64,000 bases of DNA, taken from the NCBI GenBank assembly GCA_965215195.1, contig CBDCDC010000002.1:2976001-3040000 (forward strand), in the 5' to 3' direction. How positions within the stretch are numbered: the first letter of the stretch is position 1; every line of letters begins with the position of its first letter. The notes under the pieces are model-generated. The model worked only from the letters and a program-made list of their open reading frames with translations, ran no database searches and was not told the origin of the DNA. The DNA comes from Candidatus Latescibacterota bacterium. Its GTDB lineage: Bacteria; Latescibacterota; UBA2968; UBA8231. Shown piece after piece: positions 38,978 to 48,600 of this stretch. Position numbers and translations under genes: made by a program.

Positions 38978-39554
38978 ATGGCCGACCCCAAAATCACCAA
39001 GATCGAAAACATTTACTTCGCCCATCAGATCGAAAACATGGGCACCGACTACAATGGCTTCAACCAAGTTTACCAGAAGGGCGCGACGCTCCCGCTGACG
39101 AATTGCCTAGTACGCGTCCACACCAGTATGGGCATTACCGGCGAATGCCTCGGCCGTCCGGTGCCCGAAAACGTCGCCCGTTACCTTCTGGGCCGCGACC
39201 CGTTTGCCCGCGAGCGGATGTACAACGATCTCAAACGCGGTCTGCGCCACTCGGCCCGCACCGACATCTGCGCCGTTGACGTGGCGCTGTGGGATTTCGC
39301 GGGTAAGGTGTACGACGCGCCTATCTGGCAGCTTTTGGGCGGCTGGAGAAAGATCATTCTCGCCTATGCTTCGACGTACCACGGCGATGAAAACGGCGGC
39401 CTGAGTACGCCGGAAGCCGCCCGAATTCACCGACGAGCTGGAAAACGTCGATGCCCAAGGCCACGTGCCCGTGCCGCAAGGGCCGGGTTTGGGCGTGGAC
39501 ATGGATTGGGAGTACATTGAAAGACACAAGTGCGGCGAAACAGTGTTTGACTAA
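38978..39554 (+). pseudogene. Mandelate racemase/muconate lactonizing enzyme pseudogene with large internal deletion
   Basis: N-domain (VDVALWDFAGK..PIWQLLGG..AYAST) is joined out of frame near 39420 to the C-terminus (GHVPVPQGPGLGVDMDWEYI..*). The TIM barrel is missing. Confidence 0.85.
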
Positions 39555-39595
39555 GTAGGAGTATTCGTCCTCTACAGCAAACGAGGAGGTTTCCC

Positions 39596-40384
39596 ATGCG
39601 GCGGACAATCGCGGTAGCAGTGCTCGTGGGGCTGGTCTGTTTGGCGGGAGGCTGTGTCATAGGAGAGGTAAGTATCGGCGCAGGCGAGAAAATTGAAGGA
39701 TCGGGAGATGTCGTCAGCCTAGAATTGGATTTCGACGACTTTACGCGGGTTGAGCTGACCCACGCCGCTCAGGGCACCATCGCGCCGGGCGACGAGTACC
39801 GGGTGGTCATCCGCCTCGACGACAATATCATTGACCGCCTGCGCGTCAATAACACCAAAGTGCGCGTTGAGGGCCATAAAGCCCAATTTGCCGATGGGAC
39901 GCGCTCGGGTGACGAACTGAAGATCGGGCTCGAAAACGGCTCGTACAGCAATATCACCTTCGACATCGAAATCGCCATGCCCAACTTTACAGGCCTCGGG
40001 CTCAGCGGTGCTGCTCGCGCCGAGCTATCCGGTTTCGCGGTAGCTCATGCCGTCAACTTTGACCTCAGCGGTGCCAGCCACCTTGCGGGCGCGATCAATA
40101 CCGGCTCATTGAATTGCCAGTTATCCGGTGCCAGCCACCTCCAACTCAGCGGCAGCGGCGACGATCTCGTCGCCCACGCCTCGGGTGCCAGTAACCTCCA
40201 GCTCGGCGATTTTGTCTGCGAGGACGCCGATATTGACTTCAGCGGTGCCAGCCGCGGGACTGTCAACGTCCAAGGTACCCTCGACGCTCGGCTGAGTGGT
40301 GCCTCTTCGCTCAGCTACAAGGGCAATCCCACCCTCGGCAGCGTCTCGACCAGCGGCGCTTCGGTGCTGCAGGACGCCAATTGA
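39596..40384 (+). CDS. DUF2807 (GIN/adhesin head) lipoprotein
   Basis: Lipobox LAGGC, repeated LSGAS motifs, YKGNP..VSTSGAS. Confidence 0.85.
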   Translation: MRRTIAVAVLVGLVCLAGGCVIGEVSIGAGEKIEGSGDVVSLELDFDDFTRVELTHAAQGTIAPGDEYRVVIRLDDNIIDRLRVNNTKVRVEGHKAQFADGTRSGDELKIGLENGSYSNITFDIEIAMPNFTGLGLSGAARAELSGFAVAHAVNFDLSGASHLAGAINTGSLNCQLSGASHLQLSGSGDDLVAHASGASNLQLGDFVCEDADIDFSGASRGTVNVQGTLDARLSGASSLSYKGNPTLGSVSTSGASVLQDAN

Positions 40385-40409
40385 ACGATCTGAAAATAGG
40401 AGCATACCC

Positions 40410-41264
40410 ATGCAGCGACGTCCCTACGGCAGCACTGGTGAACACCTCTCTGTAATCGGCTTCGGCGGCATCGTCGTCAGCCAAGTGGAAGCGGTCGAAG
40501 CTGCCCGCTTGGTGGGACGAGCCGTTGAGCGCGGCGTCAATTACTTTGACGTGGCCCCGACCTACGGCAACGCCGAGGAGCGCTTGGGACCGGCCTTGGA
40601 ACCGCATCGCAGCGATGTATTCTTGGCCTGCAAGACTACCCAGCGCACACGGGCCGGGGCCGCCGCCGAGTTGCGCCAATCCCTCAAAACCATGCGCACC
40701 GATCACTTCGACCTGTACCAATTGCACGCCATGACCACGGCCGAGGATTTCGCCGCAGCCACCGGCCCCGACGGCGCCTTGGCGGCATTCGTGGAGGCCC
40801 GCGATCAAGGCTTGGTGCGCTATATAGGTTTTTCAGCTCACTCGGCTGAAATCGCCTTGCAACTGCTGGACTATTTCCCCTTTGACTCGGTGCTCTTCCC
40901 GGTCAACTGGGTCAATTACTTCCAAGCCGACTTCGGCCCCCAAGTCGTGGCCAAGGCTCAAGAGCGAGGCACCGCCTGTCTCGCCCTGAAAGCCATGGCC
41001 CGCTCGCGCCTGCCCCAAGGGGCACCCAAACGCTACGCCAAATGCTGGTACGATCCCATTGACGAGCCGGAACTAGCCGAACTGGCACTGCGCTTCGCCC
41101 TATCCCAGCCCATCACTGCCGCCCTACCGCCCGGGGAGGTCCCCCTCTTTGAAATGGCCCTCGACATGGCCGACCGCCTTGCGCCGCTTATGGCCGCCGA
41201 AGTGGCGGACTTGCGGGTCCGCGCCGAGGGGAACGCACCGCTGTTTGAGTTGGCGGCCACCTGA
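40410..41264 (+). CDS. Aldo/keto reductase
   Basis: GVNYFDVAPTYG, LACKT, DHFDLYQLH, VRYIGFSAH. Confidence 0.9.
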   Translation: MQRRPYGSTGEHLSVIGFGGIVVSQVEAVEAARLVGRAVERGVNYFDVAPTYGNAEERLGPALEPHRSDVFLACKTTQRTRAGAAAELRQSLKTMRTDHFDLYQLHAMTTAEDFAAATGPDGALAAFVEARDQGLVRYIGFSAHSAEIALQLLDYFPFDSVLFPVNWVNYFQADFGPQVVAKAQERGTACLALKAMARSRLPQGAPKRYAKCWYDPIDEPELAELALRFALSQPITAALPPGEVPLFEMALDMADRLAPLMAAEVADLRVRAEGNAPLFELAAT

Positions 41265-41276
41265 AAGGAGCAACCC

Positions 41277-42158
41277 GTGATTCCATTGGTCAGCACCCTC
41301 TGTCAAGGCCCGCTAGGCGTGGCCCAGCTACCGCGTCTGTGGTGGAAAAACCGCCTCCACCAAGCCGGGCAGCTCGACGCAGACTACCCCTTTTGCAGCG
41401 GCGGTCTCGACAAATACGTGCTGGAGGTGCTGGGTCTCGACGAGGGCCGCGCCTTGCGCTTTTTGTGGGACCAGCGGCCTAGCTACCTACAATTCGAGGA
41501 GTGGGTGACCGCCGAAGGCACGTACGAGCCCACTCGCATCGTGCGTTGGAACAAGTCGCTGGTGCAGCGCACCCACTATATTCCGGCCAAAATCGACGAG
41601 ACCTATGGGGATATAGGCTGGTCGCCGGAGGAGACGACTGAAGTATCGGCCGTGCTGCTCAACTGCCTACAGGACTGGCACCTTTTCCACGGCCGCGTCT
41701 TCGCGCCCGGTGCTGCGGGCTTGCCCGGGCCTGTGGCCCCTACCCTCAGCAGCATTGACCGCGGCCCGTTGGGCATCTGCCAGTTACCGCGCACTTGGCT
41801 CAAGACCTGCCTGCGCGTCAAGGGCCTGCTGCATCTCGACTACCCAGACTGCGCCGAGGGCAGCCTCGACCAGCGCTGCTTGCAGACCTTGCAGGTGGAT
41901 CAGGACGCGGCCCTTGGGTTTCTCCGCGAGGAAATGCCGACGTATCTCGCATTCGAGGACTGGGTGCGACGAGAGGGTACTATCGAGGAAGAAGCGGTGG
42001 CGGCCTTCAATCAGCGCCTGCTCGAGCGCGATCACATTGCCGCCAAACAGGCCGAGATACACACTACCTTGCAGCGTCCCCCGACGTGGACTTCAGGGGT
42101 GTTGCTCAATCACTTGGAGGACTGGCACTACGCCCACGAGGGGTTGGTTGGGGGGTGA
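41277..42158 (+). CDS. Tandem DUF5069-like domain protein
   Basis: Two internal repeats GPLGxxQLPRxWxK...DYPxCxxG-LD...PxYLxFExWV...LLNxLxDWH. Confidence 0.7.
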   Translation: MIPLVSTLCQGPLGVAQLPRLWWKNRLHQAGQLDADYPFCSGGLDKYVLEVLGLDEGRALRFLWDQRPSYLQFEEWVTAEGTYEPTRIVRWNKSLVQRTHYIPAKIDETYGDIGWSPEETTEVSAVLLNCLQDWHLFHGRVFAPGAAGLPGPVAPTLSSIDRGPLGICQLPRTWLKTCLRVKGLLHLDYPDCAEGSLDQRCLQTLQVDQDAALGFLREEMPTYLAFEDWVRREGTIEEEAVAAFNQRLLERDHIAAKQAEIHTTLQRPPTWTSGVLLNHLEDWHYAHEGLVGG

Positions 42159-42221
42159 AAACCGTTCACATACCGATTTGACCGTCGTGCAATATGAGGC
42201 GGTTGGGGAACGAGCAACCTT

Positions 42222-43661
42222 ATGCGACAACAGCGCACCATTTACTTTAACGACGCCCGGCACTACTACCTTTTTGCCTTTGAGCCGCCGATGGTGCTCG
42301 AAGACGCTTGGGTGCCCATAGACGAGGTCTCAGGGACGGGGGTGGATACTTTTGCCTACGGGGTCGAGCGCGGCGACGGGCTTTTTTATCCATCGCGGGT
42401 GGGGATGATGTTCGGAGCGGATATTCAGCCCTTTGAGCAGGCGGCCTATTGGCGCACTTGGCACAACATGCAGAGTCTGATCGAGCGCGGGCTCGACCCG
42501 CTGACGGTGCTCATCGACCGGGCACACGACCGCAACATGGACTTCTGGGCCAGCTTGCGGATGGCCTCTTACGGGAATATGAACCCGGCCCATAGGCTGG
42601 CCGACGGCGGTGGCGGGCTGGCACACGTAGAGGTGCGGGCGCACATCTTGCAAGTGGTTGAAGAGCTGGCGACCGAGTACGAAACCGATGGTATCGAGCT
42701 GGACTTTGCCCTGCCGGGCGGAGCACCGCGCATTTTGCGGGCGGAGGACGTGGAGGCGATGACGCCCATTTTGACCGACTACGTAGAGCAACTCGCCGAG
42801 CGGGTGCGCGGGCAGCGGTCAGGCGTGGTCGGAGCGCGGGTGTTGCCCACCGAGGAGATGAACCGGGCGCAGGGCTTGGACGTGCGGGCTTGGCTAGAGC
42901 GCGGGTTGGTGGATTTCTTGGTGCCGATGCGCTACGGCTACATGATCCTCGACGGGGACATGCCGATAGATTGGCTGGTTGAGGCAGCGCACGCGGCCGA
43001 CGCGGCCGTCTATGGGGTCTTGCAACCCTACATACACGACGAGTCGGTCGGGGCCGAGCGGGTCTGGGCCGCTCCGGCCCAGCTACGGGCGTCAGGGGCG
43101 AGCCTGCTGGACCGGGGCTGCGATGGCCTATACGCGTGGTTTATGCGCTGGCCCTTAGAAGACCGGGAGCGCAGCGCGCTAAGCGAGTTGGGCAGTCGGG
43201 AGCTGATGCAGGAGAAGGACAAGCACTACGTGCTGGCGCGGCGGGCAGCAGATGGGGAAAACCAGTACCCGGTGGCGCTGCCGGTGGAGATCGCCGCCAG
43301 CGACCGAGCGCAGCATACCATCCCCTTTTACTTGGCCGACGACGCGCAAGCAGGCCGCGTCAGTCAGGTCCTATTGCGGATCAAGATCGTCGATTTGGTC
43401 TCGGACGACCGCTTGGAGATCGCGCTCAACGGCCAGTCGCTGCAAGAAGAGACATGCCGCCGCGAGTACGGCTATAAGGTCGCTCCGTACCAGAGTATGT
43501 GGCTGGTTTTCGACTTGCAGCGGGTGCGGCCACAGCAGGGAGGGAACCGCTTGGAGATCGCGTTGGTGGGGCGGCCGGACGATTTGGTGAGTCCGCTGAA
43601 GGTCACAGATGTGGAAGTCGAAGTGAAGTACCATCCACTGCCGAGCGGGTTGCGTTCGTAG
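42222..43661 (+). CDS. GH10-like (DUF187/GHL10) TIM-barrel glycoside hydrolase-like protein
   Basis: IYFNDARH, YPSRVG, WASLRM, YETDGIELDF, GLDVRAWL..GLVD. Confidence 0.7.
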   Translation: MRQQRTIYFNDARHYYLFAFEPPMVLEDAWVPIDEVSGTGVDTFAYGVERGDGLFYPSRVGMMFGADIQPFEQAAYWRTWHNMQSLIERGLDPLTVLIDRAHDRNMDFWASLRMASYGNMNPAHRLADGGGGLAHVEVRAHILQVVEELATEYETDGIELDFALPGGAPRILRAEDVEAMTPILTDYVEQLAERVRGQRSGVVGARVLPTEEMNRAQGLDVRAWLERGLVDFLVPMRYGYMILDGDMPIDWLVEAAHAADAAVYGVLQPYIHDESVGAERVWAAPAQLRASGASLLDRGCDGLYAWFMRWPLEDRERSALSELGSRELMQEKDKHYVLARRAADGENQYPVALPVEIAASDRAQHTIPFYLADDAQAGRVSQVLLRIKIVDLVSDDRLEIALNGQSLQEETCRREYGYKVAPYQSMWLVFDLQRVRPQQGGNRLEIALVGRPDDLVSPLKVTDVEVEVKYHPLPSGLRS

Positions 43662-44024
43662 CAATGCGCTTCAAACAATCCGTTCCTCAACTCTCTAGCG
43701 ACACTTGCACCACCTCTGAGATCCGTTCTAGGCTTGCCGTGTGCCGCGCCAGCGGCGTTAGCTGATCTATCCATACGCTCACAGCAGATGTCAACGGGTG
43801 ATGACTTTGTACTGCTTCGGGTTGCCAGCCTCGATGTGGTATTTGGGGCGAGTTGGCGATGACGCGGTGGAAGATGCGGTCAGTGGTGGTCGTGGAGCGG
43901 CGGTGAATATGTCGGTGACACTTTTAGCATTCTCAGGGGTTAAGGTAGGTATAACGGCGGCAGCTTTTCCGAATAATGCCGGATTCCCAAGCTGGGTAAA
44001 AATTAAGCACGAGAAACATTGTCG

Positions 44025-46052
44025 ATGACGCTACAACCTAATTTTGCTTTTGATGACCCTGACTCTCGGACGCAAAGCGATGGGCTGGAAGTCGTTTATG
44101 CACGTGCCGAAAGAGTCGAGCGTTTTGACATGGACCTCTTCGGCGGCTTTTCGTCCATGCGTACCCTCACCTATACCCCAAGCATCCCGATGATCTTGGG
44201 ACTGCTGAGGGACTTCGATTACAATGATTTCGAGTGCATCTTTGGACACAATGGCATACTGACACGAGACGCTGCACATCTCTTGGCGTTCCAGACTGTC
44301 GTGGACGAAAAGCTGAACAAAGGTTTTGTGGGGATCGCGGGGCTGTCTGAGGAGCGCCGGGAAATCATCTACGATCGCGCTGCCAAAGGAACGGCGCGTT
44401 TCTTCGTAGTAAAAGACGCCATCGCCCACGCCAAAATTTATCTGCTAGAAAAAGAGGGACGCAGGCGCGTCATCGTCGGATCGGCCAACCTGTCCGAGAC
44501 CGCGTTTTCTGGCAGACAAGCTGAGACCCTGATCGCCTTTGACAACGACGATGAGGCTTGGACGCACTATTCCAACCAATACGAAGCGGTACGGGCCATC
44601 GCCACTAGCCGATTGGAACTTAGAGAGCGCCCCATCCCGGCCGAGCTAATGCCAATCGAAGAGACTCCGGTACTGAAGGAAGCCGATTCTAGTCCAAGCG
44701 AAATGACGCTATACGTTCCATCCGAACAGGAGACCGAAGCCGAGTACAGCATCCCGAAAGTTCTGTCGCAGGTGGAACGCATCACACCGGTCCGCCGGCA
44801 GGCCCTAGCGGATATTCGTCCTGACCGCAAGGGTAACGTCCGCTTCGAGTCGAGAATCGTCAAGCAGATGACCCGAATAGTGACATCGCGGCAGGAAGAT
44901 GATGGCCCTAAGACGTTCTTGTCTTATGACGGAAAAAGGTTCACCCTTTCGGGCAATGAGCTGAGTCTAGAGCCTGACCCTGCCGAGGTGCGAAGCGACG
45001 TAGCGGCATGGATGGAATTTTTTGGAAACTACGAAAACGGATTTGTGGGAGACGTTCCCATATTACAGCGCGATTACTACACGTTCATGTGCTGGTTCTA
45101 CTTTTCGCCACTGATGTGCGATTTGAGGAATAACGCTCTTCGAGAAGGCAACTTTAGCTTCGACCAGCCCATGTTCGCCGTGCTGTACGGCCAGAGCAAC
45201 TGCGGCAAGAGCAGCCTGATCGAAACGCTGATGAAGTCCATGTTCGCCTATCCTCGGATAGTGGAGACGCGGTACTTCACGCGCAGCAACCTGCGCGGTT
45301 TGCAGGAATCATACAAGCGGTTCCCCGTCGTGTTCGACGATGTGACCCGAGATCGCTTCAGCCGTCACGCACCGGAAATCATTAAGGACGAAACCATACA
45401 GTATCCCGAGTATCCATGCTTCGCGTTATCTATGAATGCAGAGGCTCGCAATTTCCCGTCTGAGATCATCAAGCGCTGTCTGATGATTTACACCCGAACG
45501 TCGCTGCCCGGCGACGACACCTCATCTCGCCGCCGTCTTCAGAGATCGGTGTCGAATATCCGCGAAAAGTTGACCACAGCCCTCTACCGGGAGTATCTGA
45601 GCAGGGTTCTGCACGCGATGAAATCCATCACGAGCGCAGAATACCAAGATGTGGACGTTCTATATCGATCCTCGTCGGTCCTGTGTCGTCTCTTTGAGGA
45701 GAATCTGTCGCCGGGTTCAAAACTGCCGGACTGGTGTACCCCCATGACTCTGGATGAGTACCAGAATCGCGCATTTGAACGACCCCGGTTGGTCTTGAAA
45801 AACCTCCTCCATCGCGACAAATACACCAAGGACCGCCGACCGCCCATAGGAAGTTGGACCATCTCGGGCGACTTGGTGATTGTTGGAGTGCAACCCATGG
45901 CGTCGAGTCAGATCAAAAACGACATACCCGACTGGATACTCGAAGACACCGCGAGCGTGAACGACCAGATTGCCATGAATCGCTATGAGCTTGAAAAATT
46001 CCTCGACCGGCCAGTTAAATCGCCGCGCCGTTTCTTCAACTTTTTGAGATAG
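44025..46052 (+). CDS. PLD-like nuclease domain fused to a P-loop NTPase
   Basis: HAKIYLLE..VIVGSANLS..Q.E (single HKD-type motif as in NgoFVII/Nuc-like nucleases), GQSNCGKS Walker A, VVFDD Walker B. Codon use unlike neighbours. Confidence 0.8.
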   Translation: MTLQPNFAFDDPDSRTQSDGLEVVYARAERVERFDMDLFGGFSSMRTLTYTPSIPMILGLLRDFDYNDFECIFGHNGILTRDAAHLLAFQTVVDEKLNKGFVGIAGLSEERREIIYDRAAKGTARFFVVKDAIAHAKIYLLEKEGRRRVIVGSANLSETAFSGRQAETLIAFDNDDEAWTHYSNQYEAVRAIATSRLELRERPIPAELMPIEETPVLKEADSSPSEMTLYVPSEQETEAEYSIPKVLSQVERITPVRRQALADIRPDRKGNVRFESRIVKQMTRIVTSRQEDDGPKTFLSYDGKRFTLSGNELSLEPDPAEVRSDVAAWMEFFGNYENGFVGDVPILQRDYYTFMCWFYFSPLMCDLRNNALREGNFSFDQPMFAVLYGQSNCGKSSLIETLMKSMFAYPRIVETRYFTRSNLRGLQESYKRFPVVFDDVTRDRFSRHAPEIIKDETIQYPEYPCFALSMNAEARNFPSEIIKRCLMIYTRTSLPGDDTSSRRRLQRSVSNIREKLTTALYREYLSRVLHAMKSITSAEYQDVDVLYRSSSVLCRLFEENLSPGSKLPDWCTPMTLDEYQNRAFERPRLVLKNLLHRDKYTKDRRPPIGSWTISGDLVIVGVQPMASSQIKNDIPDWILEDTASVNDQIAMNRYELEKFLDRPVKSPRRFFNFLR

Positions 46053-46130
46053 CAATTCTACCAAAGGCTGTTGAAGGAGATTGACAATTCTCGCCCTTAA
46101 TTTGCCAACCCAAAACAGGAGGATTAAACC

Positions 46131-46754
46131 ATGAGAAAATGGGCACTTGCGCTAGCATTTGTCTTGCCGTCGTCGGCGCTAGCGCAGGGAACGGGCGATG
46201 TGCTGAACGAGGCACCGCTAATACCCATACCGCAGGACATGACTTACGAAGAGTACCGAGACATGAACCGCCGCATCTCCACCGGGTTGATGCGGAGCGC
46301 GATTCCGGTGCCGGGCATGATGCACTTTTACGCCGGGGAACCTAGGACGGGGAAGTGGCTTTTGGCCACGGGCCTTGCCGGCGTCGCCTCGATTATCGCT
46401 GGGGCGGCGCTTTGGGAAGAGGGCGAATTCGCGGATACGGATTTTGACGTCTTGGTAATCAACGCCGGGGACGAAGACAAAGAGCGCCGCTACGAAAAAA
46501 TTCCCGTTTCGCTAGAAGGCGAGACGCCCAAGTACCGCCTGCGCGAGCTCCAGCGCAATGGTGGGGTGGGCGGACCGCTCGTCGCGTTGGGCGCGATTGC
46601 CATTGCCGGCAGCGTGATCTACGACTTCTTACACGGCATCCAAGTGATTGAGGCCAAACGCGATCGGGTGCGGTTTAAGTACGGCAAGCGGCTCAAGCTG
46701 CAAGCGGGAGCGCGGACGGGGACGCCAAACGTGGTGCTGAGCTACGCATTCTGA
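46131..46754 (+). CDS. Exported membrane protein (DUF5683/P13-like)
   Basis: Signal peptide, SAIPVPGMMHFYAGE..G, two TM helices, ends VVLSYAF, AGGAGG RBS. Confidence 0.65.
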   Translation: MRKWALALAFVLPSSALAQGTGDVLNEAPLIPIPQDMTYEEYRDMNRRISTGLMRSAIPVPGMMHFYAGEPRTGKWLLATGLAGVASIIAGAALWEEGEFADTDFDVLVINAGDEDKERRYEKIPVSLEGETPKYRLRELQRNGGVGGPLVALGAIAIAGSVIYDFLHGIQVIEAKRDRVRFKYGKRLKLQAGARTGTPNVVLSYAF

Positions 46755-46808
46755 ACGCGCCAAGCGGCCCCGTCGGCGGGCGATGCAGAGCGCGGGCCTG
46801 CGTTCAGC

Positions 46809-47615
46809 TCAAAGCCGAGCGGTCACGTCCCGCAGGTGTGCGGCCGCCAAGCGCACGACCTCTTTGTCGTCGCAATCGTTGATGTCTTGGCCCTCAAAGA
46901 CGACGGAGAGCGGCCCGTTGTACCCGGCCTCGGCGAGGATGGGGACGATGCGCTCGTAGTCGATCCATTCCTCCTTGCCGCTGTCGATCTTGTAGAACTT
47001 GGCGCGGACGTGGGTGGCCAGATGGGCGGTCTGCTGCATGTAGGCGTAGATGTCGTGGTCTGGGTCGGGAATGCCGCGGTTGCGGGCCGGCGAACCGCAC
47101 CACTGGCCGGTGTCGAGCAGGAAGCTAAAGTTGGGCCGGTCGGTTTCCTCGATGATGCGCGTGACGTCGTCGCCGGTGGAGGGGTGATTTTGCAGGCCGA
47201 TGGCGATGCCTATTTCGCGGCCGTAGTCGGCTACTTCTTGGAAACAGCGGATTTCGCGGGTGCGCTCCGCCGGGTCGGCGAGGGGTTGGCCGCAGAACAA
47301 GCGAATCATGGGCGCACCCAAAATCAGCGCGATATCCATGTCGGCCTTGGCGGTGGCGACCTTGGCGCGCAACTCCTCGTCGCTGCCGACAAAGTGCCCA
47401 CCGGAAGCTAAATAGCCGATGGCAAGCCCCTTTTCGATGCAGGCCAGTTTGGTCTTGATGAGGTAGGAGACGTCTTCTGAGCTAAAGCCGCGGTCGCGGC
47501 GAAAGTCGATCAAATCGAGGCGGAGATCGTAGGCGTGGTCGATGTAACTTTCGATGCTTTGCAGAGTGGGCGGATCGTCTTTGCCGAACATGGAGGCGTA
47601 GAGGCCGATTTTCAC
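46809..47615 (-). CDS. Sugar phosphate isomerase/epimerase (xylose-isomerase-like TIM barrel)
   Basis: LGAPMIRLF, GLQNH, LLDTGQW, HVRAKF, GYNGPLSVVFEG. GTG start with AAGGAG. Confidence 0.85.
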   Translation of the reverse strand: MKIGLYASMFGKDDPPTLQSIESYIDHAYDLRLDLIDFRRDRGFSSEDVSYLIKTKLACIEKGLAIGYLASGGHFVGSDEELRAKVATAKADMDIALILGAPMIRLFCGQPLADPAERTREIRCFQEVADYGREIGIAIGLQNHPSTGDDVTRIIEETDRPNFSFLLDTGQWCGSPARNRGIPDPDHDIYAYMQQTAHLATHVRAKFYKIDSGKEEWIDYERIVPILAEAGYNGPLSVVFEGQDINDCDDKEVVRLAAAHLRDVTARL

Positions 47616-47718
47616 GATTGAGGCTCCTTTGGGGAAGGGAGGTGGGCTAGTTGCGGGGAGTGTACGGAATGGGGGAAGGTGCGGCAAGCGGAGAGCGCGG
47701 CTGAGCGAGGTGCGGTTC

Positions 47719-48600
47719 CTAGCGGTTAAAGAAGAAGTCCTCGGCCGTCTTACCGAGGATGTGCTCCTTGTCGCGTTGGCTGAGGAAATCGGCGTGGTCG
47801 CGGATTAGGGCGATTGCCGCGGCGAAGTCGGTGGCGGGATTTTTCATGCGGACGGGCCCACCGCTGTCGCTTTCCCACATGACGCGCTCGGGTCCAAAGG
47901 CATCGACGACGCGCTCGACGAGGGGCAGGAGGTCGAGGTAAGGGGCCTCGCCGTTGCCGAGGGCTTGGAACGGACCGAGCTTGACCATGACGCGCGGGTA
48001 GCGGGCCATGCTGCAAAGGGTGCGGATGTCGCGTTCGGGCCAGACGCCGTCGCGGATGCGCACCCCGCAGAGGTGGTCGAGGATGACTGGAGTTTCGGGA
48101 AAGCGGCGGCAGAGGCGGATCAAGCCGGGCAGGTCTGCGAGTCCCATGAGGAAGCTAAGGGCCAAATTGTGCTCGGCCCCGGTGCGGAACATCGACTCGT
48201 AGCCCGGATAGTTGAGCCAGCGATCCAGACGGCCAAAGGCGGTCGGCCGCCCGGTTTTGCCGCCACGCACGCGGAAGGCGCGAATGCCTCCTTCGGCCAA
48301 GGCGAGCATGGTCTTGCCCGGGTCGGCCAGCGACACATCGGAGACCCCGGGGACGATGCCGGTGCCCGTGTAGGTCTCGGGGTCCGAGGCGATCAGGTCG
48401 AGGATGTAGCGGTGATCGAGTCCGTACCAAGTCATCTGCACTAGGTTGAGGCGGACCTTGCCGACCTTGCGGCTATAGGCAAAGTGGTCGGCGGGCGTAA
48501 AAGAGGGCAGCCACAGGTCGGCGGGCGCAAAGCCCGGGGCCAGCGGATACTGGTCGAAGTCGGAGGACCAGACGTGGATATGGGCATCGACGATGTTCAC
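47719..48600 (-). CDS. Amidohydrolase family 2 protein
   Basis: IVDAHIHVW, VILDHL, FGPERVMWESD, ILGKTA. Confidence 0.9.
   Translation of the reverse strand: MNIVDAHIHVWSSDFDQYPLAPGFAPADLWLPSFTPADHFAYSRKVGKVRLNLVQMTWYGLDHRYILDLIASDPETYTGTGIVPGVSDVSLADPGKTMLALAEGGIRAFRVRGGKTGRPTAFGRLDRWLNYPGYESMFRTGAEHNLALSFLMGLADLPGLIRLCRRFPETPVILDHLCGVRIRDGVWPERDIRTLCSMARYPRVMVKLGPFQALGNGEAPYLDLLPLVERVVDAFGPERVMWESDSGGPVRMKNPATDFAAAIALIRDHADFLSQRDKEHILGKTAEDFFFNR

Noticed and set aside
43790-43960. Possible gene remnant on the minus strand before the PLD-NTPase gene
   Set aside because: Coding-like composition but no recognisable motif or consistent frame.
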